Positions 41,203 to 52,750 are shown, numbered from the stretch's first letter. The stretch is DNA of 64,000 nt from Candidatus Dadabacteria bacterium (GCA_963805855.1 CAWDVW010000005.1:832001-896000), one strand, 5' to 3'. Notes: generated from the letters alone by a model not told the origin. Numbers and translations are program-made.

Positions 41203-41622
41203 TTATACTCTGAACGAGTTCAAATAATCGTCGAATAACGAAAATGCCTTCTCAAGATTCTTATGTGTAAGATCACGTGTTTCCCTTGTAAGCTTATCAG
41301 ACACTTTTCTTACAGCATTTAGATATTCCTTCTGAAAAGCCACGATACGGTCAACTCCGTCATCTAAAGCCTTAGAATTCCCATTTCCAAAAGGATTAAC
41401 TTCCTTTGGCAGGTTTGAATAAAATTCCTTCAAGGATTTCACGTAATCCTTTTCGGCATTGATCAGATAATCACCCTGGGTATTCAAAGACTTGACATTT
41501 TCTTCCCAGAGGGATACGGCAAATTCAAAGCCGTTCAGATAACTTTCTTTCACAAGACCAGTAAGTTCTTTTACCGGATTCGTAACGTCCTTGGATCTTT
41601 GAGTTTCCTTTTTCTCTACCAT
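41203..41622 (-). CDS. Helical hypothetical protein, phasin-like
   Basis: Amphipathic helical composition; RBS aggagg. Confidence 0.55.
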   Translation of the reverse strand: MVEKKETQRSKDVTNPVKELTGLVKESYLNGFEFAVSLWEENVKSLNTQGDYLINAEKDYVKSLKEFYSNLPKEVNPFGNGNSKALDDGVDRIVAFQKEYLNAVRKVSDKLTRETRDLTHKNLEKAFSLFDDYLNSFRV

Positions 41623-41825
41623 TTTACAGCCTCCTAAATAATTGATTTTGAATCTAATATAACAATTCTCAACGAATTGTCAAGGCTTGTTCTTCGCAAA
41701 TGCAAAATAACTTAAGTCTTAATTCTACTGCTATTATTAGGTGGTGAGAGTATGCTTATTGTATAAAGTACGCATATGCTAATTAACTAGCGATCTGAAT
41801 TTAAAGGATATTAAAAGTAAATATT

Positions 41826-42794
41826 TCATAATTTTGAACCTGGCTCGTAATCTAATCTCTCCAACTCATAATCGAGTTCTGTCTTGAGCCCTAGCTTGTG
41901 AAGAGCGTCGTTTGCTTCAGCAAGGCTTCCACATTCAGAGATGGTCCTAGCGGGTTTCGATATCTTCTCAAAGACAACTCTAGGCGACAAATAGAAGGTA
42001 ATAGTGGAAATAACCGATAGAGATACACTTCGCCTGCCGCTTCGGATGGTAGTCCTGTTAAATATTCCCTTTGCAGCTTCTACAGGCAGGCGGCTAGCTT
42101 CGGTAGGCACAATTTCAACTACTTTCTCGAGCTCTTTCAGTGTATCATGTGTGATACCCCAGCTTCCAAGAAGACCACCCTCCCTCGCTATTTTTCTGAT
42201 TGATTTTTCCAATTCGGGCATGGTGAGTTCTCCGTCGCAACCAAATCCAAAAACTCCCATCACCGTAGGCATTCTTTTTTCTAGCTCTGAAAGTGAGGCC
42301 GTCATTATTGCATCCGCCAGTGGACTCATAATCCCCGGCTCATTTCCAAATGCAATTGCGTCGCCACCAACATCAATCCCGACTATCAAATCAGCGTCTA
42401 ACTTATCAACAGCATCCAAGAGTCCCTTAACAACTTCTTTCGCACCACAGTTAATATCAACCAACAAAGTCTCTCTCCCGTAGAATTCCGCTATCCAAGA
42501 CTCTGCGAACCTCACACCAGTGCTCGTGGTTGTCTTTTGGTTTGTATACCAAACTGTATCGTTTATCTTCCTGGCATTTAGAGTTTCATGGAAGTTCCTC
42601 GGCCCCGGAACCGGATCTATAACAGATCTTTCCCAAGAAAGTCCGCCCATAACATTTTCAACTCCGAAGTTTTCTAGCAGTTTGGCGGTAGGAATCGTTC
42701 CAACAATATCTCCGCCACCACCTATACCTAGCAGTATAGCCCTCTTAGAGTTTTTGAATATATTTTCTAGTGTCCTAAATTTGTTCATTCTCAT
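41826..42794 (-). CDS. DUF1152 family protein
   Basis: GIGGGGD, DVGGD, SPLADA, GCDGEL. Confidence 0.8.
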   Translation of the reverse strand: MRMNKFRTLENIFKNSKRAILLGIGGGGDIVGTIPTAKLLENFGVENVMGGLSWERSVIDPVPGPRNFHETLNARKINDTVWYTNQKTTTSTGVRFAESWIAEFYGRETLLVDINCGAKEVVKGLLDAVDKLDADLIVGIDVGGDAIAFGNEPGIMSPLADAIMTASLSELEKRMPTVMGVFGFGCDGELTMPELEKSIRKIAREGGLLGSWGITHDTLKELEKVVEIVPTEASRLPVEAAKGIFNRTTIRSGRRSVSLSVISTITFYLSPRVVFEKISKPARTISECGSLAEANDALHKLGLKTELDYELERLDYEPGSKL

Positions 42795-43322
42795 CCCTTA
42801 CAATTTCTGCCCTTTCTTACGTGGACCACATTCCTACTACATAGTCAAGATTGGGAAAGTATTATACCCCCGCAGCTTGATAACTGAAGAATCATGCAAA
42901 TTATTCTCATCCTTGTCCTTGACGATACTAATATAAGGATTGAGGTCTAACGATCGAAACAATGATTCTGAATCAGGACTTCGGCTTTTCCAAGAGCAAA
43001 AAAAGTATATTATCGGTGAAAGCGGGATCCTTAGTAATGCCTACGCTGATTAAATAGGCAAAAACAATTACCGATAAAATTCTGTTACTCTTCATTGTGA
43101 TCAGGCCTGCTAGAAACAATTTTCCTAAAGTACGGCGTTGGAATTATAATACGATAGAATTTAACTTGCAATCATAACTACCTTTTGCCATTTTATTTTT
43201 TGAAACATTAGATTGATAAGAATTAAAAAAGGATTCGAATTTGAATAAGGCCTATCGATGATTAAGACTAAATATGAAATTTCTTTCAATCAATTCATAT
43301 TGGAAACCAACAGGAGATAACC

Positions 43323-44057
43323 TTGGAAAGATCGATAGAATTAATTTTAATGTTCACGCTGCTACCGGTCATTGCTGTTATTATCGGTGGGATAATTTCT
43401 GCTTATCGACAACCGAGCCAGGCGCTTAGAGTAATTATTCAGCATTTTGCCGCTGGTGTAGTTTTTTCGGCTGTTGCTTTACAGATCTTGCCCGAACTCG
43501 TTCTGAAACTAAAAATTTCCCCGTTGGTTTTTGGGTTTTCGTTTGGAGTAGTTTTCATGATTGGTGCGGAGTGGTTAGTAGAAAAACTAATCGCAGGTAA
43601 TAATGAGGTCGGAGGTAGAGGTTCGGGAGGCCTGGCATTCGCTTCTGGCATCGACATGTTTATTGACGGGCTGCTGTTAGGAGTCAGTTTTGGGATTGGG
43701 AAAAAACAAGGAATAATGATAACAATCGCCCTAACAATTGAGATGCTCTTATTGGGTTTGTCTGTCGCATCGTCAATGGTAAGGGATCGCGTAATCAGGA
43801 GTAGAGTAATAGCAATAACGACTATGTTAGCATTTTGCGTAGTTCTTGGTGCCGCAATAGGCGGTATCTTACTTGAAGGCCTTTCTGGCGCGGGTTTGGT
43901 ATCGGTCCTGGCTTTTGCAACGTCTGCCTTCCTTTATTTAGTGACTGAAGAATTGTTGGTCGAGGCTCATAAAGGACCAGATACCAGATTTGCTACGTCT
44001 ATGTTTTTTGTTGGTTTTCTTTTGATGATGGTAATTGAGACGAGCGTAGCTAAATAA
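43323..44057 (+). CDS. ZIP family metal transporter
   Basis: QHFAAGVVF, DMFIDG, LYLVTEELLVEAH. Confidence 0.88.
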   Translation: MERSIELILMFTLLPVIAVIIGGIISAYRQPSQALRVIIQHFAAGVVFSAVALQILPELVLKLKISPLVFGFSFGVVFMIGAEWLVEKLIAGNNEVGGRGSGGLAFASGIDMFIDGLLLGVSFGIGKKQGIMITIALTIEMLLLGLSVASSMVRDRVIRSRVIAITTMLAFCVVLGAAIGGILLEGLSGAGLVSVLAFATSAFLYLVTEELLVEAHKGPDTRFATSMFFVGFLLMMVIETSVAK

Positions 44058-44176
44058 ATCCTTGGTTTCCAATCAGTTTGACAGATTTTGATGCCAATGA
44101 TGATATTCACTCTAAAACACTAGAGCCTAAATTGAAAGTTATAAAATATTAAGAAAACGCTTGTGGGATAGGTGAC

Positions 44177-44665
44177 ATGGTCATCATTATAATGGGTGTG
44201 GAAGGAACCGGTAAAACGACTATCGGGAAAATGCTCGCTCAAAAGCTCGGATGGAAATTCTATGATGCCGACGATTACCATCCCAAACGCAACATAGAGA
44301 AGATGCGAGGTGGTGTACCACTGAATGATGAAGACAGGTGGCCCTGGCTTAAGGAGGTACGTAAGCTGATCGACTCCTCTTTGAATATTAATGAACCATC
44401 TATCATTGCTTGTTCAGCCTTAAAAAGTTCGTATCGCCAGTACTTAAAACAACAAGAAGAGAAGATAATATTTGTTTATTTAAAGGGCGATAAGAATACA
44501 ATTTTGAAACGGTTGGCTTCGCGTGAAAAACATTTCGCTGGAACTCAACTACTTGAAAGTCAACTACAAACACTCGAGGAACCGGAAGGTGCAATAGCCT
44601 GTGATATTTCAGGAGAACCCGAAGTCATCACCGATTACATAATTGAAAAATTAGAACTTTCATAG
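44177..44665 (+). CDS. Gluconokinase (GntK/IdnK family)
   Basis: GVEGTGKTT, DADDYHP, DEDRWPWL, ACSALK. Confidence 0.92.
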   Translation: MVIIIMGVEGTGKTTIGKMLAQKLGWKFYDADDYHPKRNIEKMRGGVPLNDEDRWPWLKEVRKLIDSSLNINEPSIIACSALKSSYRQYLKQQEEKIIFVYLKGDKNTILKRLASREKHFAGTQLLESQLQTLEEPEGAIACDISGEPEVITDYIIEKLELS

Positions 44666-44851
44666 TCATAAGAATTATCTATGACTCTATAATGAGCGCT
44701 TCCGACTGTACTAACCATTTGTGATCATAGTAATCACTTACTTGTTTCAAGGGCAGAAATCGATATATAATGCTAAATAAAACTGTGCTTATAAATCATC
44801 CTACTCGACCATCGAGTCCTCACATCTTTTGCACGTGGATTGGAGGATCCC

Positions 44852-46258
44852 ATGCCAGACAAACCTGAGAATACCTCTCCGCAATCAATGACATACGAAT
44901 CTGTTTCCCATCGTGCCAAAGTTGGAACCTTAGGAAGATTCCTCGAAGCCGAAAAGAGGAATACCCCTGTACTATTTTGGGCCCTCGTGGTTGGATGCCT
45001 CACTGGGTTGCTAGGCGCCGTATTCCAGATAATACTGACCACAATCGCAACGTGGAAGGCCTCACTCTTAATTTGGGCTCAAAATTATGAGTTCTTATCC
45101 TGGGGTCTCCCGATTTTCTTATCAGCAGTAATGGTTTATGTCGCCCTTCTTATGGTCCGAAGGATCGCGCCGGAAACTGGCGGAAGTGGGATTCAGGAGA
45201 TTGAGGGAGCATTAGACGACGAAAGGCCTCTTCGCTGGAAACGAGTTATTCCGATAAAGTTCCTCAGCGGTATCTTTGCCCTTGGAGCGGGCATGGTTCT
45301 TGGTCGAGAGGGTCCGACGATTCAGATGGGGGGGAACATAGGAAAGATGATCGCGGACCTGTTTAATGTCTCCAAAGATGATCTTCATACATTGGTAGCT
45401 GCAGGAGCCGGTGCCGGCCTTGCTGCCGCATTCAATGCTCCATTGGCAGGGATCCTTTTTGTAATCGAGGAGATGCGACCCCAGTTCAAGTTCACCTTCC
45501 TTTCATTTCAATCAGTTTTGATCGCTTGCGCTGTGTCTGACATTGTACTTCGCAGCCTTATGGGACAGGGACCAGACATCGTGATGTCTCAATTCCCTTC
45601 GCCACAGCTGTCATATCTATGGGTCTTTCTTGTCTTTGGATCGATCTTCGGAATATTCGGATACCTCTTTAACCATCTGTTGATTGTATCCCTTAACTTT
45701 TTCGCCGGATTGCGTGGCTGGTTATATATCTTTACGGGACTTATTGTCGGGGGAATAATAGGTATTTTGGTATGGCTCTTTCCCGACACGGTAGGAGGTG
45801 GTTACGACGTAATTCCTAAAGCATTTCATAACACCTTTGTCCCGATGACCCTCTTGATTCTATTTGTGGCCAGGTTTGGGACTACAGCCTTCAGTTATGG
45901 CTCCGGAGCCCCCGGCGGCATCTTCGCACCGATGCTGGCTTTAGGGACACTCTTTGGCCTGTGGTTTGGCCACTTCACTCATGAGCTGTTTCCGGCCCAC
46001 GTTTTACATCCTGGAATTTTTGCCGTCGCGGGAATGGCCGCGCTATTTTCTGCCACCGTTCGAGCCCCCCTGACAGGAATTGTATTGACTGTTGAGATGA
46101 CACTAAATTATTCTCAAATCCTCCCTCTCATCCTGACTTGCATGTCAGCCACTATCGTCGCCCAGGGTTTAGGAGGAAAACCAATATATACGGTTCTTCT
46201 GCATCGAACCCTGACGCTGGCCAGGTCAAAGACGAAAGAGGTTAAAGAGGGGGAGTAG
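44852..46258 (+). CDS. clcA: H+/Cl- exchange transporter
   Basis: GSGIQE, GREGPT, AAAFNAPLAG, GGIFAP, GGKPIY. Confidence 0.93.
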   Translation: MPDKPENTSPQSMTYESVSHRAKVGTLGRFLEAEKRNTPVLFWALVVGCLTGLLGAVFQIILTTIATWKASLLIWAQNYEFLSWGLPIFLSAVMVYVALLMVRRIAPETGGSGIQEIEGALDDERPLRWKRVIPIKFLSGIFALGAGMVLGREGPTIQMGGNIGKMIADLFNVSKDDLHTLVAAGAGAGLAAAFNAPLAGILFVIEEMRPQFKFTFLSFQSVLIACAVSDIVLRSLMGQGPDIVMSQFPSPQLSYLWVFLVFGSIFGIFGYLFNHLLIVSLNFFAGLRGWLYIFTGLIVGGIIGILVWLFPDTVGGGYDVIPKAFHNTFVPMTLLILFVARFGTTAFSYGSGAPGGIFAPMLALGTLFGLWFGHFTHELFPAHVLHPGIFAVAGMAALFSATVRAPLTGIVLTVEMTLNYSQILPLILTCMSATIVAQGLGGKPIYTVLLHRTLTLARSKTKEVKEGE

Positions 46259-46464
46259 ATCATTTAGTGCTGAAATGATGTAAGTATTGACACGGTTAAC
46301 ACTGATATAATATAGTTACAAGGGTAAGTGATGTTAAATTAGTAGTTTAAAGTGTAATAATTGGTTTTTGCATTAGATATCTGGCCTAACGATTTGATAT
46401 AGTTAGCGTAACAGAATATTTAATTGCTATTTAAAAAAATCATCCGGTTCCGGGAACGGGAGTA

Positions 46465-47403
46465 ATGAGGAGTAATAATATGATCAACCATAATAAATTC
46501 CTATTTATTAATATTTTGATTTCGTTGATCTTGATAAGTCCGGAAATCAGCTATGGACAGAATCTGGAGAATCGCGTTAGTAAGCTTGAGGCAAGAATCT
46601 CGGCTCAGCAGAAACAATTAGAGGAAGCGTATAAGACGATATCAAAGCTCCAGGAAGAGCTGAATTCATTGAATGCAGACCTGGGCACTTTTCGTAATTT
46701 GAAAGGATATGTGAGGCTAGTCCCTGGAACTATGCAAGGAGTTAGGGGACCAAATTTGATCTTCGAAGGAGTTAATGTTCATATACGCAATAAAAGATCT
46801 TCCACAACAATGGTTGACGGTTTGGGAAATCTAATCATCGGATATAATGAGATTGGCGACGAGGCCGGCTTATTTTATCCTCCACCAGTCAGAAACGGTT
46901 CACACAATCTCATCGTAGGTTCAGGCCACTCATATAGCAGCGCTGGAGGTTTTGTAGCCGGTTACAGAAATACTATAGGAAATAGTTTTTCAACGGTTAC
47001 CGGAGGGTTTTTAAATGTGGCCAACGGAGAGTATTCCTCGGTGTCGGGCGGCCTGCTTAACATAGCCGGTGGAGAGTTCTCGGCAGTATCTGGCGGAATG
47101 CAAAACGATACGGCTAGTTTTGCATCATCAGTCGCTGGAGGGTCGTACAATGAGTCTGAAGTAATGTTATCATCGACTAGCGAAACCTCTGATAATGCTT
47201 TAGACGCTAACAGCAATAACACTGGACCTGAGATAGAACTTACCTTTGAAAACGATGGCACAAAAAATGAGACCAGTGTTAAGAATCGTAGCTCCGAGAA
47301 TGAGACGCGGGCCGATACAGGTAAAGATGTTATCACTGTATTGGATGGTTCTAGGTCTCAGCCGAACTTAACAGATAACACGGACAAGGGTGCCGAAGAT
47401 TAG
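46465..47403 (+). CDS. Secreted protein with coiled coil and Gly-rich beta repeats
   Basis: Signal peptide; repeated (S/A)V(S/T/A)GG-x-x-N units. Confidence 0.7.
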   Translation: MRSNNMINHNKFLFINILISLILISPEISYGQNLENRVSKLEARISAQQKQLEEAYKTISKLQEELNSLNADLGTFRNLKGYVRLVPGTMQGVRGPNLIFEGVNVHIRNKRSSTTMVDGLGNLIIGYNEIGDEAGLFYPPPVRNGSHNLIVGSGHSYSSAGGFVAGYRNTIGNSFSTVTGGFLNVANGEYSSVSGGLLNIAGGEFSAVSGGMQNDTASFASSVAGGSYNESEVMLSSTSETSDNALDANSNNTGPEIELTFENDGTKNETSVKNRSSENETRADTGKDVITVLDGSRSQPNLTDNTDKGAED

Positions 47404-47774
47404 AATGGTTTAATTGGTTCCCTAAGCAGAATTGCAATTCGGGCGGCTCTATGAACTATTATGAACTATAATGTAAAGCCCGTGCCAAAAAAGCCTCAGT
47501 CGTTTGACCCAATCTGATGGAGAGAATTTTCTCATAAACGGGATTGTTCGATTTAAATCTGATATAAAAAGAATATTATTTATTTATTATAGTCAAATGA
47601 TATTTCCTATTAGCAATATAACGTACTTGGCTTGCAAACTTCGCGTAGCTTGCTGCGACGAGTTCCATTATTCTTTAATACATATGCGTCAAAAAACGAT
47701 CGCAAAAGTTCCGAACGGACTGGAAAGACTTTATTAAGGTGTTAGAATAAGTCTCGACTGAAATCATAGAGAAA

Positions 47775-48377
47775 ATGTACAGTAAGTGGGTTTCTAGACT
47801 AAAGGGAATTATTTTGTTCCCAACTTTGTTCTACTTGACCGTTTACACACCATTGGTCTTCATTGTATACCTTCCATATTGGTATAAATTCAATTGTAAC
47901 TGGAATGAACGCTGCGATACGATCGGTTATGAAAGGGCCGAAAAAGGAATCGATGATCTGACATCATTTTTTTTGCATAAAGGGGAACTGGTATCATTCT
48001 GGACGAAAAAGGAAAAGTTACATTTAGGTGAGGTCCGTGATATTTTTGATAATATGTTTATTATTGCCGTTTTCTGTGTCATCTGTTTAATACTGACGTT
48101 TGACAGGCTCCGGGTTTCTAAATTTGCGATAGTGAATGCAGCAATTATCTTCGCTTTATTAGTTGTATTACCCTTCTTCACAACTTTTTGGAGGGATATT
48201 TTCCATCCCTTGCTATTTAGCAATCAGCTCTGGATGAATAACAGGTTTGATCTTTCATTCTACATAATGCCCAGACAGTTCTTTAAATATACAACAGTGC
48301 TTTTAGTCGCATCCAGTGTGATACTCAACCTTGCAATCTGGTCGGTATCTCGTAGACGTATCGCGAGCCCTCGATAA
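47775..48377 (+). CDS. DUF1461/TIGR01906-like membrane protein
   Basis: EKLHLGEVRDIF, IFHPLLFSN. Confidence 0.65.
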   Translation: MYSKWVSRLKGIILFPTLFYLTVYTPLVFIVYLPYWYKFNCNWNERCDTIGYERAEKGIDDLTSFFLHKGELVSFWTKKEKLHLGEVRDIFDNMFIIAVFCVICLILTFDRLRVSKFAIVNAAIIFALLVVLPFFTTFWRDIFHPLLFSNQLWMNNRFDLSFYIMPRQFFKYTTVLLVASSVILNLAIWSVSRRRIASPR

Positions 48378-48482
48378 TCTTGTTAATTTTCCCTTTTAAA
48401 TTAGACATGTGGCTATAGCTATGGTAGAGTATCGTTTATTACTCGTTACCGAGTTGCAAGCCTTTATTAGCCCGCTTAAATC

Positions 48483-48537
48483 TTGACAAATATACCGGAG
48501 AAGTATAATATATACATTATGGATGTATGATATCCAT
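48483..48537 (+). promoter_or_regulatory. Sigma-70 promoter plus 8-3-8 inverted repeat (putative Rrf2 operator)
   Basis: TTGACA at 48483, TATAAT/TAATAT at about 48504-48511, atggatgt-atg-atatccat at 48519-48537. Confidence 0.6.
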
Positions 48538-48560
48538 GATTCCTCTTCAGGTTAGAAAAT

Positions 48561-48977
48561 ATGCAAGTAAGCAGAACATTAGATTATGCTGTGAGGTCGC
48601 TAGCCTATATGGGGAAAAACCCTGTATTAACCTCAAGCATGAAAGAGATATCGCAAAATCAACACATACCGATTAATTACCTTGCTAAGATCATGCGGAG
48701 GCTTGTCAAAAGGGGTCTTATAAGATCGATGGTCGGGCCGGATGGAGGTTATGTTCTACGAAAATCTCCACGAGAGATTAACCTTAGAGAGGTATATGAG
48801 GCTATCGAAGGTGAATTGAGGATTATCGATTGTATGGATAAGGCTGAGATCTGTGCACTTCATCAGTATTGTCCGCAACTCCCGGTATGGGACAGGGTTA
48901 GATTATCTATGATAAAGATACTTGAGGACACGACACTCGACGATATGTTAAAGCAGATTGGAACTGATTTGAGTTGA
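48561..48977 (+). CDS. Rrf2-family regulator with three Cys
   Basis: DYAVR, GPDGGY, EAIEG, C-x6-C-x5-C. Confidence 0.92.
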   Translation: MQVSRTLDYAVRSLAYMGKNPVLTSSMKEISQNQHIPINYLAKIMRRLVKRGLIRSMVGPDGGYVLRKSPREINLREVYEAIEGELRIIDCMDKAEICALHQYCPQLPVWDRVRLSMIKILEDTTLDDMLKQIGTDLS

Positions 48978-49014
48978 AAAAAATATTGATATACTTAAAC
49001 TTGGAGGCTTTTAA

Positions 49015-50451
49015 ATGAGCGTAGATCTGGAACGGTTGTCAAAACAAGAATACAAATACGGATTCGTTACGAACATCGAGCAGGAAATTGCACCTAAGGG
49101 TTTGAACGAAGATACCATTCGAATGATCTCGGCTAAGAAGAATGAGCCTGAATGGTTGTTGGAGTGGCGTCTAAAAGCTTACAGGCATTGGCTTACAATG
49201 AAGGAGCCAAAATGGCAAAATGTTCATTATCCTCCCATCGATTACAACGATATTAGCTATTATGCCGCGCCTAAACAGGCAAATAAGGCTAAGAGTCTCG
49301 ATGATATAGACCCAGAATTAAGGGCAACCTATCAGAAACTCGGAATTCCTCTCGAAGAACAGATGATGCTTGCAGGTGTGGCCGTAGATGCAGTCTTTGA
49401 CAGTGTTTCGCTGATTACAACATTCAAGGAAAAACTTGCTGAATTAAATATAATATTTTGTTCTATTTCAGACGCTGTGCAGGAATATCCAGAATTGGTA
49501 AAGAAATACATGGGGTTTGTAGTACCCAATAACGACAACTACTTTGCCGCTCTCAACTCTGCCGTGTTTACGGATGGTTCCTTCGTTTACGTTCCAAAGG
49601 GCGTTCGCTGTCCGATGGAATTGTCTACGTATTTCCGTATAAACGCAGAGAATACAGGTCAGTTTGAAAGAACGCTGATCATTGGGGAAGAAGGCAGCTA
49701 CGTCAGCTATCTGGAGGGATGTACTGCGCCAAAACGCGATGAAAACCAGTTACATGCGGCTGTAGTGGAACTCATAGCTCACACTGACGCTACAATCAAG
49801 TATTCTACGATACAGAATTGGTATCCCGGTGACAAGGATGGTAAAGGGGGTATTTACAACTTTGTCACAAAACGGGGAAGATGCCTAGGTAGAAATTCTC
49901 ATATTTCCTGGACCCAAGTCGAGACTGGTTCTGCAATAACATGGAAATATCCGAGCTGTATTCTCGAGGGTGACAATTCGGTCGGTGAATTTTATTCTGT
50001 TGCATTAACTAATAATCGCCAGCAGGCTGATACAGGAACTAAGATGATACATATTGGTAAGAATACCAGTAGCACAATCGTCTCAAAGGGTATATCTGCT
50101 GGCCACGGTCAGAACACATACCGAGGGCTCGTCCAGATTGGTAAAAATGCTACCGGAGCGCGTAACTATACCCAGTGTGACTCAATGCTCATAGGAGATA
50201 AGTGCGGAGCCCACACATTTCCTTACATCGAGGTTAAGAACTCTACGGCCCGGATGGAACATGAAGCTAGTACTTCTAAGATTGGTGACGACCAGATTTT
50301 TTATTGCCAACAAAGGGGTCTTTCCGCGGAGGACGCTGTGTCACTCATAGTCAATGGTTTTTGCAAGAAGGTATTTCGAGAACTGCCATTCGAATTTGCT
50401 GTAGAGGCAGAACGACTATTGAGTGTCAGTCTTGAGGGAAGCGTCGGATAG
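49015..50451 (+). CDS. sufB: Fe-S cluster assembly protein SufB
   Basis: [37 protein letters not shown]. Confidence 0.97.
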   Translation: MSVDLERLSKQEYKYGFVTNIEQEIAPKGLNEDTIRMISAKKNEPEWLLEWRLKAYRHWLTMKEPKWQNVHYPPIDYNDISYYAAPKQANKAKSLDDIDPELRATYQKLGIPLEEQMMLAGVAVDAVFDSVSLITTFKEKLAELNIIFCSISDAVQEYPELVKKYMGFVVPNNDNYFAALNSAVFTDGSFVYVPKGVRCPMELSTYFRINAENTGQFERTLIIGEEGSYVSYLEGCTAPKRDENQLHAAVVELIAHTDATIKYSTIQNWYPGDKDGKGGIYNFVTKRGRCLGRNSHISWTQVETGSAITWKYPSCILEGDNSVGEFYSVALTNNRQQADTGTKMIHIGKNTSSTIVSKGISAGHGQNTYRGLVQIGKNATGARNYTQCDSMLIGDKCGAHTFPYIEVKNSTARMEHEASTSKIGDDQIFYCQQRGLSAEDAVSLIVNGFCKKVFRELPFEFAVEAERLLSVSLEGSVG

Positions 50452-50522
50452 ACAATCCATACTAAACCTATTACTCATAGTTACGAAAACTACTATTTAT
50501 AAGATAACTATTCGGAGGAATT

Positions 50523-51293
50523 ATGCTTGAGATAAAGAATTTACATGTGAGCATTGAAAACCAAGAGATTCTTAAGGGATTGAATCTATTGATTAATCCC
50601 GGCGAGGTACATTCGATAATGGGACCGAACGGTTCAGGAAAGAGCACTCTTGCTCAGGTACTTGCAGGCCGCGATACGTATGAAGTTACAGAAGGTGAAA
50701 TTCTCTACGAAGGTAGAAACCTGCTGGACATACTTCCTGAGGAGAGGGCGCGAGAGGGTATTTTCATGGCTTTCCAATATCCTGTAGAAATACCGGGCGT
50801 TGCAAATACATACTTCCTCCGGGAAGCGTTGAATGCCATAAGAAAGCACAAGGGACTGGAACCACTTAAGCACGTTGAATTTGTCAAGATGGTAAAACAG
50901 AAGATGAAAGCCCTGGATATGGATGAAAACCTTCTACAACGCTCCGTTAATGAGGGTTTTTCCGGGGGTGAGAAGAAGCGGAATGAGATCTTTCAATTGC
51001 AGGTTCTGGAGCCCAGGCTTGCCATATTAGACGAGACTGATTCGGGGCTAGATATTGATGCCCTTAAGATCGTCGCCAAGGGTGTGAACATGATGCGAAC
51101 AGATGAACGAGCCTTTTTGATAATTACTCATTACCAGAGACTCCTCAACTACATCATTACTGATTTTGTCCACGTCCTCGTAGATGGGAGGATAGTAAAA
51201 TCAGGTGGAAAAGAATTGGCACTAGAGCTAGAAGACAAAGGGTACGCGCGGGTGGGCGATGAATTGACTGACGCCAACGTGGCTCAAAATTAA
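50523..51293 (+). CDS. sufC: Fe-S assembly ATPase SufC
   Basis: GPNGSGKST, FSGGEKKRNE, DETDSGLDIDAL. Confidence 0.97.
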   Translation: MLEIKNLHVSIENQEILKGLNLLINPGEVHSIMGPNGSGKSTLAQVLAGRDTYEVTEGEILYEGRNLLDILPEERAREGIFMAFQYPVEIPGVANTYFLREALNAIRKHKGLEPLKHVEFVKMVKQKMKALDMDENLLQRSVNEGFSGGEKKRNEIFQLQVLEPRLAILDETDSGLDIDALKIVAKGVNMMRTDERAFLIITHYQRLLNYIITDFVHVLVDGRIVKSGGKELALELEDKGYARVGDELTDANVAQN

Positions 51294-51307
51294 CAGGGTG
51301 ATCGAAA

Positions 51308-52648
51308 ATGGAAATTGAAATGCAGGATATTAATAGCTATCTTGAAGGCTTTTTTAAACACCAGGAGTATTCTCCCGGTAGAGAGATTAAATGGTTTAGG
51401 GAAAATCGAGAAAAAGCCATACATGCATTTAAGAAATTGGGGTTTCCTACAATCCATGACGAGGATTGGAGGTTTACAAGCCTGGCTCCAATTGAACGGA
51501 CTGTCTTCAGATTAATGCCGAATGGGAAACCAAAGCTAACAAGGAATGATATAGCGCCATTTGTCTTTTCTGATTCATTACGAAATCAACTAGTCTTTAT
51601 CGATGGCAGATTTTCGGTTGAACTTTCTTCCCAGGATACTAATGGTGGAGTTAGAATATCAAATCTTACAAAAGCACTGATTGATTATCAGGATTTGTTG
51701 AGCGAGCATCTCACTCGCTATGCTGACTTCGAACATGAAGCTTTGACAGCACTGAATACCGCCTTTATGGAAGATGGCGCATTCGTATTGATACCAAAAG
51801 GTGTCTTGCTTTCTGAACCAATCCATTTGTTATACATATCAACGATCAATGATGTTCCCTCTCTTTCAAATCCCCGTAACTTGATAATTCTTGAAGATAA
51901 CAGTCAGGCTAATATTATCGAACATTACGTCTCACTGGGTAGCAATGTCTATTTTTCTAACGTCGTTACAGAGGTTGTTATTGGTGAGAACAGTACGCTT
52001 GATCATTATATGATTGAGATAGAAAGCGCAAAGGCCTATAACGTTTCTACTCTGCGGGTTGAGCAAAAGCGTAATAGCAGCCTAAATTCCCACTCTTTGC
52101 TGCTTGGTGGATCTCTTGTAAGGAATAATGTTCATCCGGTGCTTGCTGGAGAGGGCTGCCATTCATTTATAAACGGTTTATTCATGTCTAGAGATAGACA
52201 ACACATGGATAATTACATGAAAGTAGAACATGCTAGTCCGAATTGCGACAGTCGACAACTTTATAACGGAGTCTTAGATGGCAAGTCGAGGGGGGTATTC
52301 CACGGCCGAATTATTGTGCATAAAGATGCCCAGAAGACGGATGCCAAACAGACAAATAGAAATCTTCTACTTTCCGATTCAGCACAGATCGATACTAAAC
52401 CCCAACTTGAAATTTATGCCGACGATGTGAAATGCACCCACGGTGCTACGATTGGACAGCTAGATGAAAATGCCATTTTCTATATTCGATCCCGTGGCTT
52501 ATCAGAAGAATCTGCTCGTGAAATGCTACTGCATGCTTTCGCAAGCAAGAGCCTCGAGAGTATGAAAGTAAAAGAAATAAGAGATTATGTTGAAAGGCTT
52601 GTGACAGAGTGGTTTGCGAAAGGGAATTTAGTTCAATTATCAGGCTAG
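51308..52648 (+). CDS. sufD: Fe-S assembly protein SufD
   Basis: EDWRFT, KPQLEIYADDVKCTHGAT. Confidence 0.95.
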   Translation: MEIEMQDINSYLEGFFKHQEYSPGREIKWFRENREKAIHAFKKLGFPTIHDEDWRFTSLAPIERTVFRLMPNGKPKLTRNDIAPFVFSDSLRNQLVFIDGRFSVELSSQDTNGGVRISNLTKALIDYQDLLSEHLTRYADFEHEALTALNTAFMEDGAFVLIPKGVLLSEPIHLLYISTINDVPSLSNPRNLIILEDNSQANIIEHYVSLGSNVYFSNVVTEVVIGENSTLDHYMIEIESAKAYNVSTLRVEQKRNSSLNSHSLLLGGSLVRNNVHPVLAGEGCHSFINGLFMSRDRQHMDNYMKVEHASPNCDSRQLYNGVLDGKSRGVFHGRIIVHKDAQKTDAKQTNRNLLLSDSAQIDTKPQLEIYADDVKCTHGATIGQLDENAIFYIRSRGLSEESAREMLLHAFASKSLESMKVKEIRDYVERLVTEWFAKGNLVQLSG

Positions 52649-52750
52649 TGTAACAGAAGTGTATTTGCACCTATCCCGTGAGCTCTATTGTTTTGTGAAA
52701 TCCGGATAGGTATTGACGAACGTAATTATTAAATTGAGAACAAATTAAAG

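Noticed and set aside
44665-44852. Fluoride riboswitch or CLC-F exporter
   Set aside because: No crcB-motif core seen, and the protein has canonical ClcA motifs GSGI/GREGP/GGIFAP
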